A stretch of 64,000 bases of DNA, taken from the human T2T-CHM13v2.0 reference genome, Homo sapiens. Below, piece after piece: positions 28,209 to 41,877 of this stretch. The notes beneath the pieces were generated by a model. The model made no database searches. It was not told the origin of the DNA and was given only the letters and a program-made list of their open reading frames with translations. Within the stretch, counting starts at the first letter, position 1. The number at the start of each line of letters is the position of its first letter. The position numbers and the translations under genes were made by a program. The DNA lies in assembly GCF_009914755.1 (NCBI RefSeq), contig NC_060929.1. The stretch is one strand, 5' to 3'.

Positions 28209-28779
28209 CAGGATTAGCTTCATTAAGTGTGTGACCAGTTGACCAGTGCATTTGCACAGGCCCCTGTGCTCAGTGTTCAGAAGTACCCCCCTCCAAAACC
28301 ACAATCCCTCCATACATGCAGCCCACCCTCATAACTGCACCCCATGGCACTTGGGGTTTTATTAAGGTCTACAGTCACCATCTTGATGATTTTAATTGTT
28401 TTATCTTTCAATTTGTGTTTTAAAAGTGAAGCCTGATGGGACAGTGACACGTGACTAGGATCTCAGCGCTTCCCCTCGGGGTTGGTTCCACATTTCCCTG
28501 GATAAGTTCCTGGCTACCTATTTTCCCTCCCATATGCTGCTTCCCTCTATCTCAGTGGGGACCAAAGCACTGCAGTCATAAGTTACAAGGTAGGGCTCCA
28601 GGGATTGTGAAGGTCTGTGTTCACTCTGTAAGCATCCCTGTGTCCAGTGGAACAGGCATTAAGTGGTACATCTAGAGAGACTGGATGAGAAAGAAAGAGC
28701 TTTTATCCTGCTTTTTCAAACAAACAGAGCCCTGAATTTTATTTTTCTTTGGGCCCTGCAAATTTTGTGGCTGGTCCTG
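28209..28779 (+). mobile_element. MER45B-like hAT-Tip100 element
   Basis: CAGGATTAGCTTCAT...GCACAGGCCCCTGTGCTCAG at the start and TGGGCCCTGCAAATTTTGTGGCTGGTCCTG at the end. Confidence 0.8.
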
Positions 28780-29559
28780 GTAATTTGGAACTAATGTTAA
28801 TGTATATAACTGTCTGAACCCACCAGTTCAGATGAGAAGGGCAATTCTGAAGTGCATTATTTTTCAGGGTATCAGGTGCTTACTTTAGAAAATGACCATC
28901 TAATCTTAAAGATTTAAATTGTCATCTCTCTAAGTTGTTGCTTGTCAGGCAGATGCACACTTACTAAATATCCTCAATATAAGAAGAACTTACTCAAAGT
29001 TCATGCAGTATGTCTTGCTGGTGGATGTACAGATTCCTTAGGCAGTGCTCGCACTGCTCTCAGACTCAGGAAAACAGGTGCAGCCATCAGAATCACAATT
29101 GCATTTTAGAAAATGTCATATATAATTCATAAGAAAGAATTATTTGTGTTAACTTAGAACCAATGATAGAATTAGTAATATCATTTTCTTCACATTACAA
29201 TAATCATTTTCAATGTGATTTACTCAGTATTCATAGTTTGCGAAGCATGAAATGAAACGTTTTTTCTAAAGCAGCTATTTAATCAGACTTAAAGATTACA
29301 ATGAAGTGCACCCATAAATGACTTTTTCTAATTCAATCATAGGTATTTAATTCTATATATATCCACATAATAGCCAAAACAAACTTCTCAAAACTTAGAA
29401 CTGATACATGGGCAGAAAGTAGAACGTACTAGATAGGTAGAATGGCATCATGTTTTAAAAACTGCATTGAGATCATTTTCTCTGTCTACCTAGGATGCTT
29501 CCCTCAACTTTCTTTTTTCAAACTGGTAATATGCTGCCTATCTATCTTTTAAAAAAATT

Positions 29560-30653
29560 TAAATTGTTTTAATTTTTATGAGTACATAATAGTTGTATGT
29601 ATTTAAGGGGTATGTGAAATATTTTGATAGAAGTGTACAATGTATTATGCTCAAATTAGGGTATCTGGACACCCATCACCTAAAACATTTATCATGTTTT
29701 TGTGTTGGGAACATTCCAAACCCACTCTAGTTATTTGGAAATATACAATAATTTATTGTTAACTATAGTCACTCTACTGTGCTACCAAACACTAGATCTT
29801 ATTCTTACAATCTAACTGAATTTTTGTACCCATTTACCAACCCCTTTTTCCCCCCATTCCCACTACCCATACCAGCCTCTGGTAATCATCATTCTACTTT
29901 CCACCTTCATAAGATAATTTTTTAAGCTCCCACCTATGAATGAGAACATGTGTATTTGTCTTGCTGTGGCTGGCTTATTTCACTTGACATAATGTCCTCC
30001 AGTTCCAACCATGTAATTACAAAGGATATCTTTCTACTTTATGGCTGAATAATATTTCATTGTATATATGTTCTACTTTTTCTTATCCATTCATTGGTTG
30101 ATGGACATTTATATTTATTTCATATCTTGGCTATTGTGAGTAGTGCTGCAATAAACATGGGAGTGCAGATATCTCTTAATATACTGAATTTCTTTCTTTT
30201 GGAGCTATATACACAGCAGTGGAATTGCTGGATCATGTGGTAGTTCTACTGTTAGTTTTTTGAGGATTCTTCATACTATTTTTCATAATGGCTATACCAA
30301 TTTACATTCCTACCAACAGTGTACGAGCTTTACTTTATCTACATCTTTGCTAGCATTTGTTATTTTCTCTATTTCATAAAAGCCATTTTTAACTGGAGTG
30401 AAATGATATCTCATTGTGGTTTTAATTTGCATTTCTCTGATGATTATATATGTTGAGCATATTTTGTATATGCCTGTTGGCAAAGAGACAACCTATAGAA
30501 TGGGAGAAAATATTTGCAAACTATTCAACTCACAATAATCTATAAGGAACTCAATAACCAGAATATGTAAGAAACTCAAAAAACTCAATAGCAAAAAAAT
30601 CTGAATAAAAATGGGCAAGAGATCGGAGTAGACATTTCTCAAAGACGAAATAC
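29560..30653 (-). mobile_element. L1MA3/4-like element with 5' inversion (minus 29560-30481, plus 30482-30653)
   Basis: TGTGTTGGGAACATTCCAAA...CTGTGCTACCAAACACTAGATCTTATTC; sense ORF2 AAAGAGACAACCTATAGAATGGGAGAAAATATTTGCAAAC from 30482. Confidence 0.88.
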
Positions 30654-31501
30654 CTGTCTTAAGAGCTAGATTAAATATAATTTTTATCCATGAAAGCTCT
30701 TTGAAACTTTTTTCCCAGGTCTCAAGGAAACTTTTGCTCAACTCTCTATTATAGCACGTTTTACATTTTTTGCTAATTCTTCCTAGAAGAATGACATTGA
30801 ACATCTTATTCAAAATTCTCTCTTCTCTTAGAATCACAAAACCATGGGCTCATTATGACCAGGACAGGAATATCCATGGCACCATCCTAATGGTTCTCAG
30901 GTGTTAGGTGTATCTTTAAACTATGTAACTAGTTGCAGGTGCTACACAGGCTACTCCACACCTAGCCTGACCACCCGCTGCTAGTAGATGAAACCAGTAA
31001 CATTTTGATAAGTGCAAATAAAAGGAATCTCTCCCTGTGTATAACATCCAGTAGTTGTAGGCTCAACTGAACAATCTCACATGACTACAGTAGGCCACAC
31101 TTGCTAATGGCTTCATTAGAATAATACAAATATCATAAACAAAGCTTGCCAGTAAGGCAGTATTGGTTATTTTTTTTCCATGAGAGTTTTGACAAGTGTC
31201 TAGGGCTACAACCTTTTTCTAACTCTGCAAAGTGACAAGTATGAAAGATGGAGACCATACGTGGGTATGAGAGTTATCCTGGCTGACACTTAGGTCCCAA
31301 ATAGGAATCAGTATCTATTATAACAGCCCATAAGCAAAGAACATGACCAATTACAAGAATGCCCAGCATCAAGAAAGCTCATCTCATCATGACGCCTTAT
31401 TTCAGTGGGAAAGCTTTGACTGCCTTTCATTTTCTTTTGTTGGTATTGATTAAATGTTTCCTAAGGCAAAGTTAGTAATTTATATTTTTCTATCAGATTA
31501 A

Positions 31502-31899
<398 letters not shown>

Positions 31900-34800
31900 T
31901 GATTTCTAAAGTTACCCATTTGCTTTTTATGTTTTTCTTTTTATTCTTCCATGGCAATATATATATTTTAGTCATTCTTTAAAAAAAAAAAGATTTTAAA
32001 AAATCAAGTTTTTCATTTTTTGTAGCTTTGCTAGTTTTTATTAATTTTTAAATTTTCATTAGTATTTCACAGTTTGTGGAAGAAAGCTTTTGTTTTTTTT
32101 TTTTGGTTTCTTGGGTTAAATGCATACCTGTTATGTTGAATTTTATTGTTTTATGAGTCACAAAATCTTGTCTGTTTGGTAATCTAAATTCCCAAATATT
32201 TCTGTTTCTTAATGTGAATAGAGGGATAGCAAAACATATTCTTCTTTTCCATAAAAATAAAAATTACCCTGGGTTAACTTTCAAGTTTTATTTTCATGGA
32301 AACCAGATACTGGTAGATTGTCAGCCATATTACTAGACAACATTGCCTATAATAAGAATAAAGCAGAATGGATAAACTGTATCTGGTTTGGGAGGGCTGC
32401 TTTTAACAGTCAGGAGAAATAAGACAGATTTTTTTTAACATGATTTTGGTCTCTTAACAGTTACTACTTCTTATAATGCAACAGACACATGACACATTGT
32501 CCTATAGTTTAAAATATTTTAAATTGTATATTATATAAATATTTTAAATTAAGTATCATATATTTTATAAAATATATTTCAAAACTATAATATACAAAAA
32601 TGTGTGTAATTAAAATATATAAATATAGATTATAAAGAAGAAAATTATAAAAATTTTACCAAAATGCAAATAAATATATAATTATGAGACATGTCTGTTT
32701 AGAAAAATTTTTTGTATTATTTTTAGCATGTCCTTAGCTTTGCTTGCTGTCTTTGGCATTTTTAAATCATACTGCCCTTACTGCATAGAAATGTTCTCAG
32801 TCACTTAATATGTTACTTACATAAATTAATTAACTTGACATTTAATGCTTCAAGACTAAAAATTATCTAGCATCATTCACATTTTGCATATTGCATTTGG
32901 GCCTCCAAACATTTACAAGAATGAGAATATGACCCTTGAAGTGCTTGAAAACTTTGACCTATTCCATCCAAAAAGTGAGTAAATCTTATATGGTTTTAAG
33001 CAAAGTCATTTCAAACAGAATAGAGCAATTAACCCGTTGATATGAAGAATGGGTCAGAAGGCATTTCCATAGAGAATGCTTCAATTCATTTTTGATTGTA
33101 CAAGATCTTTCTGTTGATCATTTATTTTTTATTATTTCAATGTGGAGTAGACTTATTTAACTTGTATAACAGTGATGGTATATTATGTCTCTATATTTGA
33201 AGTAAACATGCAAAAAAATGTGGTTTAAAAATTTGTGTATTTTATAACCAACAATAATGGAAGTTCATAAAATTATTAAATAGGCAAAATTTTACATGAA
33301 AAGCAATTTGAGGCTTTGTTTAGTGGGTCTGAGGTAATGGATCAAATGTGGTATCTCATACCAACCAGTGAGAAGCCTGGATATATGTAACAAATCTTCA
33401 AAATTCAGTGATATTTTAAAATACATTCCTTTAATATCCAATCTTAGAATCTAATCAGGAGATATAAACTTCTAATGGTAAGATGATTTTGTTTTCTACT
33501 TTTAACTTATGGCCACTGAGGGCTGAGAGGCAAATATCCGCTTCCATAAGATACCTAAAAATTTGGTGGAACAAGAAACGCCTATAATAATGTTTGCTCT
33601 TATCTTGAATGCATGGTAATTGAATAAAACGATCTCTTAATTTAGGAAGAAGGAATGGGTTAGTTTGCTCACTTCAATTTACCATTAAGAAAGCATCTGC
33701 AACTGTACTCATAGTTAATTGCTTTCAGCCGGTGTCTTCGCCATGTCTTTACTGAAAATATGGAGCGTAAGTACTTCCTCCTCCTCCGTTGTACTTTCCA
33801 CACTTCTAGGCACGCTCCTCATCAAAATTTTTCAACATTTTCCAGTACCATTAGCATAAATATCTACTTTTACATAGTATAAAAGGACACCCTGTCCTCT
33901 GTCAAGCTCTTCAGAAACTTATATTTTCTCTTTATAATTTTATGCTATGCAATATTAAAGGTCTTACTCTCTCTCTTGCTTCTATGCCTTTGATCATGCT
34001 TCTCCCTCTGCTTGAAATACCCTTATTTCATAACTAGTAACATTTTACTATTTTTGAAAATTCCAACCTACCCCTTAAATTTCAGTTCAAATGCCACCTT
34101 TTGTAGGCTCACTACCGCCGTGTTCATTTTAACATATTATATTTACATATATTGTGGCACCAATTTTTTACTATGAATGTTTGCTTTTTTAACTTTCAGA
34201 TACTAATCTCCTTGGAGAGCAAGAAATAAGTTTTTTGTATCCATGGACTCTAGAGTAGTACACAGTAGGTGATGAATCAATATTTTTAAACAAATAATAG
34301 ACTGAAGTTTTAATAAGCTGTAGCAGCTTATCAAAGGCTGCTGAAGACTCCCATATTACATAACCGTTAAAACTATAATTGGCACATTTAATTATCTTTG
34401 TTTCAAATCCATGAATTATGTACCCACACATTTGTGGAAAGTCGGCTTTGTGTGTTTTTCATACTATTTAAGATTTTTATTTAATAGTAAAACAAAAATA
34501 TTATTGTGGGACTATTGCTTGTTCATTAATAACAGCTTGAGTGCTGGTTTCCTTTACATACATAGAGACTTATATTTCTAGATGATACAAAAATGGCACC
34601 AATAGAGGCAAGCAATGCTGCTGGGATTATATAAAGTTAGGCCAGTTCCAAACAGGCTTTTCCACTTTCTTGTACAGATAAGTTCTTGCATCTTCTTAAG
34701 CAACTCCATGATGAAAGATTGTTTTTTACTATTTCTTTATCTTTCATGAACACCTTTAGTAATGACTCAGAGTAAGCCCTCGAGTCTCACTGACCTGTGT

Positions 34801-37578
34801 TCAGTGATTTTTCTGGTTTTAATCTTGGAGATAGCAGAGTTACTGATTTTTTTTCCTTTTTGATTGTTCATTTAGATCATTTAGTACTAAAACATTGTCT
34901 TGGTAGTTGGGTAACATAATGAAAATTATCACTTATTAATCTAATAGAATAGTGACTAGTAATTTTGTCACAGAATGACTAAATTATTTACTGTGCTGCC
35001 TGTATGTATGTTCGTGTGTCTACATGGGAGAAAACCACATTCTCTTTGGGGTTTGCCTAACCCCAAATGAAAGGGTTAAAACAGGGGGTTCTCAGATGGA
35101 CTTTAAGATTAAAAAAATACACTTAAAGGCATTCCTCTGTCTCTGACTTTTCTGATAACTTATAAATCAATTAATCATTATACTAGGTTTATAGTAATAA
35201 CATTCTGAACCTATTATTGTGAGTGTAAGCATCAATATTCTTTACTACATCTTAACTTAAATAGAAGACCACAGACACACTCCACATTAAGTGGTGCTAA
35301 ACATGTCTGATGTTGGGTTGTCAGGGTGATAATTGTGGCATTTCTTTTTGTTTTCCAAAAAATCATTAATTAGAGATATGGATATATTTTAATGTACTTA
35401 TTTAAAAGTATTGCAGATATTCCTAAAGTGAAGGAAGATTAATTATATGGCTAATTCTCTGCTATATCAAGGAAAAAATAACCCTTTTTTAATCTGGTAA
35501 TAAGTTTAAACTGTATAGACTGCAATAAAAATTACATCATTCTTACATTATACAGTGTTGTGAAAATGCACTTTGTGGTTATTATTTCAAATGAAAGATC
35601 TACCTCAATGGAAAAGCATTTCTTAACTATTTTGAGAACTTATTATACTTAATGACAAATTTATCTGAAGTTCTAAACACTGTTAGGAATAAGGGAAGAT
35701 CTTTTAATTTAGGTATAATCATACTACTGTACTTAAATTTTGATAACTAAGTTATAAAATAATATATACAATTTAAATGGAATATTTATTTAAAGTATGT
35801 TTAGACATTTAAAATAAAATGCTTGACAATGTAAATAATCTAAGATTATTATTAGCAAATGATTGCTTCATTTTTAATAATCTTTGTGTGTTTTTGTTAA
35901 ACCATACTTACTGTTTAAACTGATCATATTTGTATTTTGTTTTCCTTCTTCTGACAGCTCCTTCAGGTTGGAAGGAATACCTTTACTTGGGGGCATGTCA
36001 ATTCGTTTTTCTCACTTGATTCATCTTTATGACTTCCTGAGGACAGATCTAATTCTAAAGTAACCAGAAGCCTGGCCATCTCAGAGCAGCAAATCCCTCA
36101 ACCTTGGAGCACAAATGATCGCTGATAGAGTCTGCATAAAATCATCTTCCTCTATCTGACAGCCATGAGCAGAGCCTTGGGGGTAAAAAAAGCCACAGCC
36201 TTAAATCTCTTCACTCAGAAATTACCATGAAGATAAAATAAATAAATGGAAAGGACTATCAAGAAGCCAACAAAACATAAACACCAAACCAACTCATCTT
36301 GTTTCACTTTGGAAATAAACTGTTCCCAGATGTGAGACCAACAAAATTAATATTAAGCAATTAAACCAGTAAATTATAAACTGATTTATCATTTGGGAAG
36401 GTTAAAGTACAGAGAGATGAGGTACCTGTAGCCAGAATTACACATCATTTCAAAATATGTAGACAAAAAGAAAACTGAATGAACAGAGAAACATTGCAGC
36501 AATGCAGTCTTAGGACGAATGTTGCTGTTTGCAGACAGAGAATGTTTGCCATCTTGTGTATAGCCTCAAAGCCATACTGAGATAATAGCATTGTTGTCAA
36601 TTGCTTGAAAAATTTTCACATTCAATCCTTCATGCTATATTGGTTGGAAGAGGAGGGAAGTCAGTTCTTACTGATTACTTCTCAGTGAACTTCTAATATT
36701 TGCACTGTCACTTCCATTCAGGGTAATGATGTGTGCTGTTATTTGCACAGATGGTCCCATGAGTTTTGAGACCACAGCAAGCAGTTTTTTGCAGGAATCC
36801 AAAATGGAAAAATATAAGAATTCTCAAGACATTGATTTTTCTTCTTTCAAAAAAAAAATCAGTTATCTAATAAAAAATGGATTTGATTTTAAAACAAATT
36901 TAAAAACATCTACAGAATAACAATGAAAAAGCATCAGTGTGGTCAAATGAATCCAAAAGGGATCCAAAGTTTTTAATGACCATCATTTGATATCATTAAA
37001 AACCAAGAAGTCAAATACAGTGAAATGCACACTAAGCATTTGTGTTGAACATCTATTTGTTCTCTTAATTAAAAAGTCATTTGTAATTTGTATTTGGCAT
37101 ATAACAGTTTTTATAGCCAAACAGCATTTTCAGTTTATTTTTCTAAATAAATCTGTTGTTTGTATTGTTTGTAGTTGCTTATTTGATTTGGTTTTCATTA
37201 CCAAGAAAACAAGTTTCTTTTGGTTTATTGGCAAGCTTTTGTCATATTAATTCAGAACTAATGGAAGATTGATATTTCAAGTATTTTTGTAGTATAAAAT
37301 TGTGCTTTCTGTTTTCTAAGCTCTGAAAAACATGGTATATTTTTCACTATGACTTTCTTGTGAAGGGCTATTTTAACATTATAGTTATAACTATTGAGAA
37401 TTAATTTTAATACAAGGGAACATTGCTAGAAAACAGAAAGCTCAGGTATTGTATCAGTAAGGATTTTTTCTAAGTTTTGTTTCTGGAATTCTGTTTAGAA
37501 CATAATAATTAGATTAAAAAAAAAGGTCACTAATCCTAAGTGTTCTCATTATTGTTATCCAGAAGTCTGCTAAGAACT

Positions 37579-37663
37579 TCTATCATCTATCTATCAATCT
37601 ATCTATCCATCCATCTATCATCTATCTATCTATCTATCTATCATCTATCTATCATCTACCTAT
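37579..37663. repeat. Complex (TCTA)n/TCA/TCCA tetranucleotide STR
   Basis: Read directly. Confidence 0.95.
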
Positions 37664-38664
37664 GAGTAGGTAATCATACTGGAGCAAAAATGGAACTCAA
37701 TCAAAAAGGGCTGTTTGTAGTGTACAATTCAAACAAATTGCTTATAACAATTAAAAGAATAGGTCATTAGGCTTATTCCCAAACTATGATATAAAATCAA
37801 ACTCCCAACATGTTGTTCTGTACACTTAAATTGGTTTACACTCTGCAATATCTCCTGGTACTTAGAATACCTTGCAATGTAATGAAGAAAATTAGTTTGT
37901 TTTGCATGATTTGAACCTCTGAAAAGTAATATATTGTACATTAAAATAATCAAGCAAGGAATCAAATTGCCAGTTCCTGTGAGATGATAGGCATTGAAGT
38001 ATAGATGCCTGAACTCATCCATGAAGCAATCCATGCTGATTGCTTCAATCTGTAAATTATTTGAACTTATAAATAGGAAAGCCAACTTTCCCAAAAATAT
38101 TTGACAATAAAATTAATCAAGCATATGTGATAAAAAATATAGTTCTTTATTTTGTGCATATACTCAGTGATAAGCAGCACTTTACCAGCTGTACTCTCTC
38201 ACGAATGTCTAAAAGACTGCAAATATGTGAAATGATCAGGCCTGCTCTTCAGCAGGATAACTCCAGTAGTAGTTTATAAAGTGAGTTAGAGACTGGAGGT
38301 GGCCAGACTAGAAAAAGTGTCTAAAATTTTCTTTGAATTTAGTCTGTTTTTTCTCTTAAGTTTTGATTATATTTACTTTCTTAGTTATTTCACTTGTCCA
38401 TCACTGTTTCTTCTTTCATCTTCAACTTTTAAACCTGCTATTCTCACAAGTCAGTATTACTTTTACAAATCTATTAAACAATTGCCAGTTCCCACTGAGA
38501 AGTACTACTTAACAGGTTTCATTTTTATCTCGAAATGCCAATGTAGATAATCTTCACTTCTTAACATTTTCTTTTAGAGTGCTGGTGTCTTACACATAAC
38601 ATGCAAGTCTCTCCTTGCTGGCCCCTATTCACATAATTATTATGTTTACTTAGGTAAGATAATC

Positions 38665-39590
38665 TTGCTTATTTACTGAGTGCTCACTATGGGACATGAA
38701 TTATGCAGGTCATTAGGAACAAAAGGGTAAGAAAAAATACATAGACTATTTTAATAGAGTCTAAAATCTAGTTGGAGAGAACTACATTAAACATTTAATT
38801 ACACGTTAACAAAAAAATTACAATATGCTAAATTCTATAAAGAAAAGGATGTGGGCTGGGCGTGGTGGCTCACGCCTGTTAATCCAGAACTTCGAGAGGC
38901 CGAGGCCAGGGGGATCACTTGAGCTTAGGAGTTCGAGACCAACCTGGACAACATGGTGAAATCCTGTCTCTACAAAAAATAAAAAATTAGGTGGCTACGG
39001 TGGTGGGTGCCTGTAGTTCCAGCTACTTGGTTAGCTGAGGTGGGAGGATGGCTTGAGCCCAGGAGAAGGAGTTTGCAGCGAACCAAGATTGTGCCACTGC
39101 ACTCCAGCCCAGATGACAGAGCAAGACCTTCAGAAGTTGTGTATCTAAACATACCTAAACATATAAAAGACACAGTGACAATATGGTATAACCTTGTGGG
39201 ACCACCATTGTATAATATACGTAGTTCCTTGTTAATGGAATGTGGTTATGTGCTGAATGTATCCAGTACAACAAATGTAGGCATGTTTAACTCCTGAAAA
39301 GATTAAGACCCTGCCTCAGAAAAAAATAAAATAAAAAGAAAAAAAAAGGTATATGGTTTGGAGATATCACATGTCCAGTGGCTCTAACCCAGTGGGTAGA
39401 GAAAGCTTTGAACTGAGATCTGAAGGGTGACTAGTGGATAAAAAGGGAAAAATCATGTGCAAAGCACTGCAAAGAGGAAGAAGGTAAGACATCAGAAGAC
39501 CTGAAAAAATCTAGAGTTGTGCAAAGAGAAAAAAGAGAGTAGTGCAGAGAAGACTGGTTAGATGGAAATCAGATCTCACCTATCTACATC
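38665..39590 (-). mobile_element. L2 3' fragment interrupted by AluJ
   Basis: ATTTACTGAGTGCTCACTATG, TCTAGTTGGAGAG, AACTGAGATCTGAAGGGTGA, CATGTGCAAAG. Confidence 0.6.
38854..39347 (+). mobile_element. AluJb-like, split near its 3' end by an insertion (about 39131-39304)
   Basis: GATCACTTGAGC, GAGGTGGGAGGATGGCTTGAGCCCAGG; Alu end AAGACCCTGCCTCAG plus A tail resumes at 39305. Confidence 0.9.
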
Positions 39591-39600
39591 CTAGGTAAAG

Positions 39601-39680
39601 AAACAAAAATATGAAGAGTAAAAACAATATAAAGAATAAAACAGTACGAAGAGTAAAACAATAAGAAGGGTAAAAACAGT
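39601..39680. repeat. Degenerate ~17-18 bp minisatellite (AAAACAATATGAAGAGT), about 4.5 copies
   Basis: Read directly. Confidence 0.75.
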
Positions 39681-39705
39681 TAAGTATGCAGAAATGACAG
39701 AAGTA

Positions 39706-40020
39706 TAGTCATGTATTGCTTAAAAACAGGGATACTTTCTGAAAAATGAGGAGTTAGGTGATTTCATTATTGTTCTAACATCATATAATGTACTTACATG
39801 AACCTAGATGCTATAGCCTATTTTGCTTGCAGGGCACAAACCTGTACAACAAATTACTGTATTGAATACTGTAAGCAGTGGTAACACAATGATAATTGTG
39901 AATCTAAACATACCTAAACATAGAAAAGATACATTGAAAATGTGGTATTACCTTGTGGGACCACCATTGTATAATATACGTGGTTCCTTGTTAATAGAAT
40001 GTGGTTATGTGCTGAATGTA
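39706..40020 (+). mobile_element. Tigger3a (MER7A) MITE
   Basis: AGTCATGTATTGCTTAAAAACAGGGATACTTTCTGAAAAATG...AACCTAGATGCTATAGCCTA...CTAAACATAGAAAAG...GGGACCACC. Confidence 0.85.
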
Positions 40021-40239
40021 TCCAGTACAACAAATGTAGGTATGTTTAACTCCTGAAAAGACTAAGATGACATTTTCCTCCCACCACCAAGTCCACTATA
40101 ATCTCTCTCACTCATCAACAGGAAAGATTTACTTGCACTGCCAAAACAACGAGATGCAGAAAGTTACATATTTGAAACAATAGGTTAAAATATATCTGAC
40201 TGAGTATAAACTATAAGAAAAAGAGGCTCAAAATGAATA

Positions 40240-41265
40240 CAATCATGACTCACATTATTGTGCTTTGCTTTGTTGTGCTTCAGACAGATGTTGTGGTTTT
40301 TACAAATTGAAGGTTTGTGGCCTATATGGGGCAAGTCTATCAGCATCATGTTCCAACAGCATGCATTTACTTTGTGTCTCTATGTCATGTTTTGGTAATT
40401 CTTACGCTATTTCAAGCATATGCATCATTAGTATATTGATATTCATATTATTATATGTGTTATGGTAATATGTGATTTTTGATGTTACTGTTGTAATTGT
40501 TTTTGGGTGCCAAGGATGACGCCCATATAAGATGGCGAACTTAATCAATAAATGTGTGTGTTTTGACTGTTTCATCAAGCAGCCGTTCCCCTATTTCTCT
40601 TCTGTCCTTAGGCCTCCCTATTCCCTAAGACACAAGAATATTGAAATTAGGCCAATTAATAACCCTACAATGTCCCCTAAGTGTTTAATGAAAGAAAGAG
40701 TTGCATGTTTCTCATTTTAAATCAAAGGCTAGAAATGGTTAAGTTTGGTGAGGAAGGCATATTGAGAGCTGAGATAGGCTGAAAACTAGACTTCTTGTGC
40801 CAAATGGTTTGCCAAGTTGTGAATGCAAAGGAAATGTTCTTGAAGAAAATTAAAACTGCTCTAGTAAAAACACAAATGATAAAACAAAAAAGTGAAGCAG
40901 CCTTATTGCTGACATGGAGAAAGTTCGAGTGGTCTAGATAGAAGATCAAACCATCCACAACATTCCCTTAATCCAAAATCTAATCCAGAGCAAGGCCCTC
41001 AACATAGAGACAATATCCTCCACCAGCAAAAAGATGACTCATGAAGGCTCAGATGATTGTTAGCACTTCTTACTAATAAAGTACTTTTAAATTCATATAT
41101 ATATTTTTTAGACATAATGCTATAGCACAATTAATGGACCATAGTATATTATAAAAATAACTTTTATATGTACTGACAAACAAAATAAAATTGTGTGACT
41201 GGCTTTGTTGAGATATTCACTTCATGCAATGGCCTGGAACCAGCAACATCTTTGAGGTATGTCTA
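40240..41265 (+). mobile_element. Internally deleted Tigger1 DNA transposon with both ends and TA TSDs
   Basis: TACAAATTGAAGGTTTGTGGC; decayed transposase start near 40670 (TTAAATCAAAGGCTAGAAATGG); jump near 41000 to the 3' end CCTCCACCAGCAAAAAGAT...GAGGTATGTCTA. Confidence 0.9.
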
Positions 41266-41479
41266 TACCAAAGAGAGCAAAATTCTAAATTAAAAAATTA
41301 AGAATGGCCTTGGAAGCATTTTCAAACTTTTATAGGATATAATACTCAATGGAGATAAAAAGTTTATTCAGTAGGGCTGTATTAATTCATAATGACTTCA
41401 GCAACTGCAGATAGACTTACAATAAACATATATAAAAATGTGTTGAAACTAACTTGCATTAAATTGTTTGCCTATGTTT

Positions 41480-41877
41480 GCCAGAAAACTTAAAATAATA
41501 AATAAGTGTCTGTTTATACCTGAAAAGGAAACTCTATGAAATCATCAGGAATCAGGCTTCTTTCAACTTTCTGCTCTGACATCCTTAAACTATAATGTTT
41601 TTCCTCATGATGCACAACAGTAGATGGAACTCCAGACATTGTATGCATGTTCCAGGCAGTAGGATGAGGAGACAGCTATTTTCTTCTTTTAAAGAAAACT
41701 TACTGAAAACTACTCATACAATATTTTGGTATGTTTGGCACTGTTCAAATCTGAAGCACAAGGAGAATTAAGGAATTTAGTCTTTTGGCTGGCCATGTTG
41801 AATGAATTTGGCATTCTGACACTAAAGAAGCTGCAGAAAATAAATGATGGTATACACAACCATCTAACTCTGCCACA
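41480..41877 (-). mobile_element. MLT1 (J/K-like) MaLR LTR fragment
   Basis: CATCAGGAATCAGGCTTCTTTCAACTTTCTGCTCTGACATCC, CTCCAGACATTG...TTCCAGGCAG, CTCTGCCACA. Confidence 0.65.

Noticed and set aside
32505-32680. AT palindromes such as TTTAAAATATTTTAAA
   Set aside because: Expected in low-complexity AT sequence; there are no unique-sequence arms.
33729-33766. 38-nt microexon (TTTCAG|...AGC|GTAAGT)
   Set aside because: Weak pyrimidine tract, non-triplet length, and the sequence resembles an L2 remnant; no further support.
37579-37663. Identification as a named forensic or mapping STR
   Set aside because: I do not recognise the flanks and cannot assign it without a database.
37729-38094. 121-aa minus-strand ORF in unique DNA
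   Set aside because: Non-ATG start, no recognisable domain, length plausible by chance in 64 kb.
39601-39680. CRISPR-like array
   Set aside because: Contiguous degenerate minisatellite without spacers, in primate DNA, with no cas genes.
39007-40056. Two ORFs sharing the peptide [36 protein letters not shown] as paralogous genes
   Set aside because: The shared peptide is a by-product of the 172-bp DNA duplication of a Tigger3a end plus flank.
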